Both the position numbers and the translations under genes were made by a program. Below the pieces are notes generated by a model. The model searched no databases. It saw nothing but the letters and a program-made list of their open reading frames with translations, and was not told where the DNA came from. Shown here piece by piece: positions 27,601 to 32,000 of a DNA stretch of 32,000 nucleotides (position 1 is the stretch's first letter; every line of letters starts with the position of its first letter). Location: assembly GCA_016699205.1 (NCBI GenBank), contig CP064964.1:660001-692000 (forward strand), in the 5' to 3' direction. The DNA is from Candidatus Saccharimonadota bacterium. GTDB taxonomy: Bacteria; Patescibacteriota; Patescibacteriia; 2-12-FULL-60-25.

Positions 27601-30600
27601 ACCGCGGGTACTCAAGCATATCTTAAAACTGCTGACGCTGGTTCGAATGGTTGGGTGGGTATCGTGACTTTGGACATGCTTGCATCTGGCCTCGACACCC
27701 TCCAGTCGGTCACCGCACGCGGCAGCTTCACGACCACTACGGCCCAGTTCTTTGGAGGGTTTGTAGCTGCTTCCTCCTCCGTCACGGGTACGTTTGCCGT
27801 TGTTGGTACAAGCACCCTTTTGCGCGATGTCTATGTCGGTACCTCTACCTACGATGTTTTCCTGAACTCCGACTTTGTCCTTGATGGCAATGATCTGTTT
27901 GCCGCCGACAATATTGGTTCGGTTTCCTCGATCTTCTCCAATGGCATGCTCGTTACCGGAGAAACTGATCCAACTTTATTTGGAAATGGATTTATTAAGG
28001 ATATTGGCGCTTTGGTTATCTCGACTCAATACGATTTCTTTAATCAACCATCCATTACTCTTCGAGCTAGTGATACCGTCTCTGCTCCCGCTGGTGATAT
28101 CAATATTCGAGCGGGTGACGCGAGCGGTGGCCCTCCGGCGGGTAATATCTATTTAACTCCTGGAGATGCTGATTTTGGTAACCCTGGTCATCTATATTTC
28201 CAGCCAGTCACAGGATCTTCTAATACTCCTCAGTTCCGCTTTACTTCTGTTGGCGGCGGCTTTATCAGTCTTGAATCTCCAAGTACTTCCAACTCTGTCA
28301 ATTTTGTCTTGCCGTTTGCCGATGGAGCTTCTTCTACCGTTATCGGAACAAATGGTTCTGGTGCGCTTACCTTTGTCTCTGTCTGTCTGACGGATGGGAC
28401 GAATTGTCCGGCAGGGATCGGATCTGATCTTAATTGGACCTTTAATCTTGCCAGTGATTTTGTACGTAATGCGACGGCTACAACGGATATTGCCATCGGT
28501 TCATCGACGATCGGCAATGCGCCATTCGCCTTCTTGAATAACACGACGACTTCACGTTTGCTGATCGGACAGAATACGACAACCGGAGCCCGCGCCGACC
28601 TCGTGATCGGTGCCACGACTTCAAGCGGCATGAACACCGCGTTCCAGCTCACGGGTGATGATCTCTTTGTGGCTGGCAATATCGGTTCGGCATCGAGCGT
28701 GTATACCAATGGCGCCTTTATTGCAGGCAGCGGATCGACTTTGTATGGAGATGGATATATTGCCCGTACCACTGGCGACATCGTCGTGAGTGCTTCATCG
28801 AATGTCTTTAGACCAAGTGCAAACAACACATTGAACCTCGGATCGGTCACAAGCTCATTCCGCAATATCTACGCGTCAGGAACTATTGCGTTTGGAACAG
28901 CAAGCGGATCGGCTCTCAACCTTGTTAACCCTGTCTTTACTCTTGCGACCAGCTCCAATTTCACCACGTTCCCGACCGGAGTCGCTGTCCGCAACAATAT
29001 CGCCTATCTCGCCGACAGCAACTTTGTTGCACTCGACGTATCCAATCCTTCTAATCCGACCCTCATCTCAACCCTCGCTTCCGTGAATGCTAGCGACCTC
29101 ACGCTTGCCGGGGACTATGCCTATGTGGCTGCTGATGGTCTCAAGATTATCGACATTTCCCGACCGGGCCGTCCGGTTCAGGTCGGCTATTACGCTAACG
29201 GTCTCGGCAGCACCAAACCTGTTATCTCCGGCCAGTATGCCTATATGGGAGGCCAGGATTTCCAGATCGTTGATATCTCAAGTCCGACAGCTCCGACGTC
29301 TACGGCGATTGTTACCCTTACAGGTTCTGTCGGAGGCGTTGATGTACAGGGCAAGTTTGCTTACGTTGCTAATGATACGACCTTCCGTATCTACGACATC
29401 ACGGACCCTTCCAATCCAACGGCAACTGGTACGCTCGGCGGCTTTAACAACCTTGGAACGGTGATCGTGTCTGGCCAATATGCCTACGTGGTTAATGATG
29501 GAGCCGATGTTGTTTCCATCGATATTTCGAACCCGGCTGCTCCGGTGTCACTCGATACCTATTCACCTGTCATTTCGCTTCAATTGAATGACATTACTCT
29601 TTCTGGCCGCTATCTCTACCTCTCCAAGCATGTTGATGGCATTGAAGTCCTTGATATTACTGATCCAAATGGCCTCATCAAGATCGCTGAATACAATACT
29701 CCGGGTGCCGCTTTTGGCATGATGATTTCTGGCAAGTACCTCTATGTGGCCGACTTTGGAAGCGGTCTCGCTATTCTTGATCTTGGTGGCGCCGATATCT
29801 CGAGTGCCAAGATCGGATCGCTTGAGATGGGCTCGGGTCAGGTTCTTAACAACCTCGATATCGGCGGACGTCTCAATGTGGCTGGAGGTATTCTTGCCGG
29901 TATTGAAGGCGTGTTCTCACGAGGTCCGCTGGTTGGGTCATCGGTTATTGTGGGGGCGACAAGCTTTGCTACTTCGTCACGTACAGGTATCTCGAGTAAC
30001 GGCAAGCAGATCGCCGTACATAATGGGATTACAGCCATTTATGACGGTGAACTTATTACCTCGTCTCAGCTTGTCTATAATATTTCTGACCCGGTGGTTC
30101 CGGTAAATATTGCAAATATTCTTGCTGCAAATGATGTAGGAGATCTTGTATTTAAAAATGATTACCTTTACCAGGTTGGCGCAACGATTAACGTGTACGA
30201 CATATCAAGTCCATCAAGTCTTGAGCTCGTTGCGACATCTACTGGTAATGCGCCTTATGCCGCTTTTCTCTCAGGTGGTTATCTCTATGTTACTCGAGAT
30301 GCGAGATTGGCTATTTATGATATTTCTGATGCTACGCGTCTAACTGAACTAGGGACCGCGCAGCTCCCGTGTACTCTTTGTCTTGTTGGCAGCAACCAGA
30401 CGAATGGCTTGTATGTGAAAGAGCGCTATGCATACATGACGGATATTGGAACCGATAATTTTTATATTATCGATGTAAGTGATCCGTATTCACCGACGCA
30501 TACTTCCTATATTTCGGGTTTTAGTAATCCTCAAGGTGTCGTTGCAGAAGGGAACTATGCTTATATGGTTGAAAGCGGCTCCAATGAACTTACTATCATT

Positions 30601-32000
30601 AACATCGCCTCTTCAACGGAGCCTTTTGTTGCTCGTTCCGTGCCATCGAGTCAGTCTGCACCTACTGAGGTCGCACTTTCAGGCAACTATCTCTATGTCG
30701 GAGGCTCGACAGGAGTAGCGGTTTTTGATGTTTCAAGCTCCACTAATCCATTCTTAGTGACAACGCTTGCATCGGGTAGTGTTCAAGATATGCAGGTTGA
30801 GGGCAATCAGTTACATGTTGGTACAGCAAGCGCCTATTTCATCTATGAGATGCCAAGTATTACTGCCCCCGCCATGCTCGTCGGTTCCGTCCAGGCAGGC
30901 ACAGGTTTGATTGAAAATGACTTCACGATCGGCAATCAGCTGTATGTCGGTGGAGGCATTCATGCCGGAGGCAGCATCATGGCACGCGGTTCCATCAGTG
31001 CCTCTGATATCGATGTTTCCGGATTTGGTTCCGCAACAGCCGTACGTACCGTCCGTGTTGCCAGCCAATCAGTATATGCCGCCGGCGACTATGTCTATAC
31101 GACGAATGATGCGAGTACGCGCGTCCATCAGATTTCTATTGCCAACCCAGAGTTCGCAACCAATACGGCGGCTGGCGTGCTTTCCTCTGCAAGCGGACGC
31201 GACTTGTTTGTGGCTGGCGGCTATCTCTATGTCGCTCAAGGCACCAACGGCCTTGCGATCTTCAGTACGGAGAATGCTACCGGCGTTCTCAGACAGATCA
31301 GTACAACCACCGGTCTTGGAACGGCTCATGAGGTATTTGTCTCCGGCCGCTATGCATATATTGCTGCGCTTGGTACGGGTGTGGAAGTGGTTGATGTCGG
31401 CAATCCGTATACTCCTGTCCTGAAGGAGACCTTTGATGGCAGCGGTACGAATTCCTCCCAAGGCGTTTATCTCCAGGACCGCTATCTCTATGTCGGTGAT
31501 GGTGCTGACGGTTTGCGTATTCTTGATGCCTCGGATCCGGTCGATCTCCGCCAGATCGGTATTCTTAATACGGCCGGTTCTGCAGAAAAGGTGTTCGTGT
31601 CAGAAGGCATCGCTTATGTCACGGATGATACCAACGGTCTTGTGATCGTCGATGTCTCCAACCCGGCAAGCCCTCGACTGCTCTCAACGGTTCCCCCGAT
31701 TTCTAGTGGAAATATTTCCAATGTCACGAAAGCAGGTGACTATCTGTATGTGACATCGGATACGGGTTTGGGCAGCGTTGATAACTTCCGTGTCTTTGAT
31801 GTTTCGAGTTCCACGCGTCCGGTTCTTGTGTGGGGCTTCAATGGTCCGGGGTCTCCGGCTGGGGTGGATGTGAAGGGACGCTATGCGTATGTCGGTGATG
31901 GCGAGCTCTTGCATGTGATCCGTTTACCGGGTGTTGACGCTCCTTCTGCGAATATCGGCTCTTTGTTTACGGGTCAATTGAATGTGGCCGAAGGTGCTGA
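24556..32000 (+). CDS. Gene 2: paralogous giant repetitive secreted fibre/adhesin-like protein with an N-terminal signal peptide; the 3' end lies beyond the window (at least 2481 codons visible)
   Basis: This gene is not in the supplied track because it has no stop in the window. I translated frame 1 by hand from the ATG at 24556 and met no stop. Every + strand track ORF in 24556-32000 is in frame 0 or 2. An in-frame TAA at 24487-24489 closes the frame upstream, and ATG 24556 is the first canonical start. The product begins MPRSLRPFLIAFTLLLGGLFLSSSAVLAAPQINNQINYQARL... It then shows the same Cys-loop, junction-box, stalk and LVIVD modules as gene 1, in the same frame as the identical gene 1 segments (offsets 9801 and 9807 are both multiples of 3). 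Confidence 0.9.
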   Translation, partial: MPRSLRPFLIAFTLLLGGLFLSSSAVLAAPQINNQINYQARLMDSSGFPVADGNYSVYLSLYDASTAGTRLWTATGTLATPTPLTVNVQNGLFTVLLGDTSAAGGSQNTLDTVNWNSDQLYLGVTINADAEMSPRKRFASAPQAFNARQLQGMYASSTASGGQTLFTLNQTQNDAATGTRSTLDVRSNGTSNSNDFLIRGINDANAVVFSINRQGSVTSTNVFVSGLTSSTNLNANIASFATATVAGQGICLSNGQFCSTGSVAEADTLQTVSNRGSFTTTTLTLFGGLTTSNITATGTLNVTGASTLAGVTFTNATGINATTTNLFAANLLYTASTGTSAFVSSFGFTTASGTSFTANIGTFATATVAGRGVCLSDGTFCPASTTIESDTLLTVSNRGSIATSTLTLFGGFVAASSSVTGTLNISGSLSVTGTSNLQSVHFTHATGTSVTSTNVTANIASFATATVAGQGICLSNGVGCVPAAGETDTLAIVTNRGSFATTTVTLFGGLTVSNIIATGTLNVSGVSSLAGLTFTNATGVNATTTGYLSFNVASGTTLLANALNFGSGAGGSLNITTALTVNGVNVCLQDNTNCPVSGGSASDGNWVFNSSTQQLYQVTTTLDVLIGGSSQPSSPFVFLNNTTDSRLVVGGGTALADVVIGAATSSGLNTAFQLTGDDLFVQGNIGSVSSVYTNGAFIAGSGSTVFGNGYINKNDGNLTIDASGGFITPSVDLAVSLGSVTNRYNGVFGNTTSTHTTTTSSFVSTMGFQSATGLTLIANTATFATATVSGQAICLFNGVGCPVNNALTETLQSVTARGSFTTTTAQFFGGFVAASSSVTGTFGVAGFLNVTGSMDVALTATSNPVSIKVSFPNANDRSSGLSISTVGSSTGLIAQKIRAFGQDLSAFAFTDDITDPVSASGALAYYSHTSNAFALSLLEAGLSMSDLTLYNTNNGGTQSRAAVEIKNNAGVSSTAALRLANDIDSAGIVQHVGVGCPEGLVYAEPGSIFFNNGGTTAGTQAYLKTADAGSNGWVGIVTLDMLASGLDTLQSVTARGSFTTTTAQFFGGFVAASSSVTGTFAVVGTSTLLRDVYVGTSTYDVFLNSDFVLDGNDLFAADNIGSVSSIFSNGMLVTGETDPTLFGNGFIKDIGALVISTQYDFFNQPSITLRASDTVSAPAGDINIRAGDASGGPPAGNIYLTPGDADFGNPGHLYFQPVTGSSNTPQFRFTSVGGGFISLESPSTSNSVNFVLPFADGASSTVIGTNGSGALTFVSVCLTDGTNCPAGIGSDLNWTFNLASDFVRNATATTDIAIGSSTIGNAPFAFLNNTTTSRLLIGQNTTTGARADLVIGATTSSGMNTAFQLTGDDLFVAGNIGSASSVYTNGAFIAGSGSTLYGDGYIARTTGDIVVSASSNVFRPSANNTLNLGSVTSSFRNIYASGTIAFGTASGSALNLVNPVFTLATSSNFTTFPTGVAVRNNIAYLADSNFVALDVSNPSNPTLISTLASVNASDLTLAGDYAYVAADGLKIIDISRPGRPVQVGYYANGLGSTKPVISGQYAYMGGQDFQIVDISSPTAPTSTAIVTLTGSVGGVDVQGKFAYVANDTTFRIYDITDPSNPTATGTLGGFNNLGTVIVSGQYAYVVNDGADVVSIDISNPAAPVSLDTYSPVISLQLNDITLSGRYLYLSKHVDGIEVLDITDPNGLIKIAEYNTPGAAFGMMISGKYLYVADFGSGLAILDLGGADISSAKIGSLEMGSGQVLNNLDIGGRLNVAGGILAGIEGVFSRGPLVGSSVIVGATSFATSSRTGISSNGKQIAVHNGITAIYDGELITSSQLVYNISDPVVPVNIANILAANDVGDLVFKNDYLYQVGATINVYDISSPSSLELVATSTGNAPYAAFLSGGYLYVTRDARLAIYDISDATRLTELGTAQLPCTLCLVGSNQTNGLYVKERYAYMTDIGTDNFYIIDVSDPYSPTHTSYISGFSNPQGVVAEGNYAYMVESGSNELTIINIASSTEPFVARSVPSSQSAPTEVALSGNYLYVGGSTGVAVFDVSSSTNPFLVTTLASGSVQDMQVEGNQLHVGTASAYFIYEMPSITAPAMLVGSVQAGTGLIENDFTIGNQLYVGGGIHAGGSIMARGSISASDIDVSGFGSATAVRTVRVASQSVYAAGDYVYTTNDASTRVHQISIANPEFATNTAAGVLSSASGRDLFVAGGYLYVAQGTNGLAIFSTENATGVLRQISTTTGLGTAHEVFVSGRYAYIAALGTGVEVVDVGNPYTPVLKETFDGSGTNSSQGVYLQDRYLYVGDGADGLRILDASDPVDLRQIGILNTAGSAEKVFVSEGIAYVTDDTNGLVIVDVSNPASPRLLSTVPPISSGNISNVTKAGDYLYVTSDTGLGSVDNFRVFDVSSSTRPVLVWGFNGPGSPAGVDVKGRYAYVGDGELLHVIRLPGVDAPSANIGSLFTGQLNVAEGA
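27684..28405 (+). repeat. Diverged gene 2 homologue of the same module (copy D)
   Basis: The first ~290 nt or so (27684 to about 27975) are close to copies A-C (GLDTLQSVTARGSFTTTTAQFFGGFVAASSSVTGTFAVVGTSTLLRDVYVGTSTYDVFLNSDFVLDGNDLFAADNIGSVSSIFSNGMLVTGET). The remainder is recognisably homologous at the protein level but has many changes (...NIYLTPGDADFGNPGHLYFQPVTGSSNTPQFRFTSVGGG...VCLTDGTNCP). Confidence 0.8.
28589..32000 (+). repeat. Gene 2 copy of the 3.4-kb duplication (cassette 29982-30864, 883 nt); it runs off the window
   Basis: See the partner feature at 18788-22193. Confidence 0.9.
29982..30864 (+). other. LVIVD-type 7-blade propeller 6' (gene 2), the alternative allele of the variable cassette
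   Basis: My hand translation: SRTGISSNGKQIAVHNGITAIYDGELITSSQLVYNISDPVVPVNIANILAANDVGDLVFKNDYLYQVGATINVYDISSPSSLELVATSTGNAPYAAFLSGGYLYVTRDARLAIYDISDATRLTELGTAQLPCTLCLVGSNQTNGLYVKERYAYMTDIGTDNFYIIDVSDPYSPTHTSYISGFSNPQGVVAEGNYAYMVESGSNELTIINIASSTEPFVARSVPSSQSAPTEVALSGNYLYVGGSTGVAVFDVSSSTNPFLVTTLASGSVQDMQVEGNQLHVGTASAYFIYEMPSIT. It is colinear with gene 1 propeller 6, but by eye only about half of the residues are identical. Confidence 0.75.

Noticed and set aside
1-32000. A prophage, mobile element or tail-fibre locus, given the tail-fibre-like motifs (LQTVTN-x-GNTTT, N-terminal I-x-YQ domain).
   Set aside because: There are no integrase, transposase, terminase, baseplate or other phage genes, and no att-like or inverted terminal repeats at element scale. 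The window holds only two cellular-style secreted giant genes. The resemblance is at the level of fibre-building motifs only.
18788-32000. Treating the apparently 100% identical multi-kb blocks as proof of biological gene conversion.
   Set aside because: This is not fully rejected, but it is downgraded. Perfect identity between distant copies can also come from assembler or polisher homogenisation of repeats. It is therefore reported as a finding that needs read-level confirmation rather than as fact.

Overview
About 99% of the window is coding on the + strand, and it holds only two genes. Both belong to one family of giant, highly repetitive, Thr/Asn/Ser/Gly/Ala-rich, almost charge-free proteins that are probably extracellular.

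Gene 1 is already in progress at nt 1 (frame 0 is open from nt 3) and ends at the TAA at 24259-24261. The ORF track splits it into six pieces because of five single-base frame losses, at about 2228, 4512-4513, 12878-12879, 13870-13871 and 14226-14227. Each is a -1 event. Four are visible contractions of a short homopolymer relative to sister repeat copies, and the fifth is inferred from frame continuity. Read through, gene 1 is one gene of more than 8,000 codons within this window alone.

Gene 1 is organised as follows:
- (a) At least 5.5 near-identical tandem units of about 1329 bp (443 aa) at nt 1-7355. They are built from roughly 11-residue NATG-type stalk repeats and two C-x6-C loops per unit.
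- (b) Three near-identical copies of a 0.72-1.18 kb module.
- (c) Beads on a string: seven 7-blade LVIVD-type beta-propellers and one 7-blade YVTN-like propeller.
- (d) A C-terminal region with a duplicated DLAERY module, a possible lectin-like domain and a TDPG low-complexity tail.

A strong intrinsic terminator and an AT-rich 294-bp spacer follow gene 1.

Gene 2 (ATG 24556, running past nt 32000) is missing from the ORF track because it has no stop in the window. It has a clear Sec-type signal peptide and the same module vocabulary as gene 1.

The most interesting signal is the mosaic relationship between the two genes. Two blocks appear base-identical (18788-20180 = 28589-29981, and 21058-22193 = 30865-32000). 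They flank exactly one strongly diverged propeller cassette (20181-21057 vs 29982-30864). Repeat-family breakpoints elsewhere repeatedly fall at the conserved Cys-loop/junction boxes. This suggests a modular, recombination-driven system for varying a surface fibre.

I saw no RNA genes, CRISPR arrays, transposases or other mobile-element genes. Taxonomic origin cannot be established from the sequence. The architecture is reminiscent of giant proteins from uncultivated bacteria, but that is only an impression.
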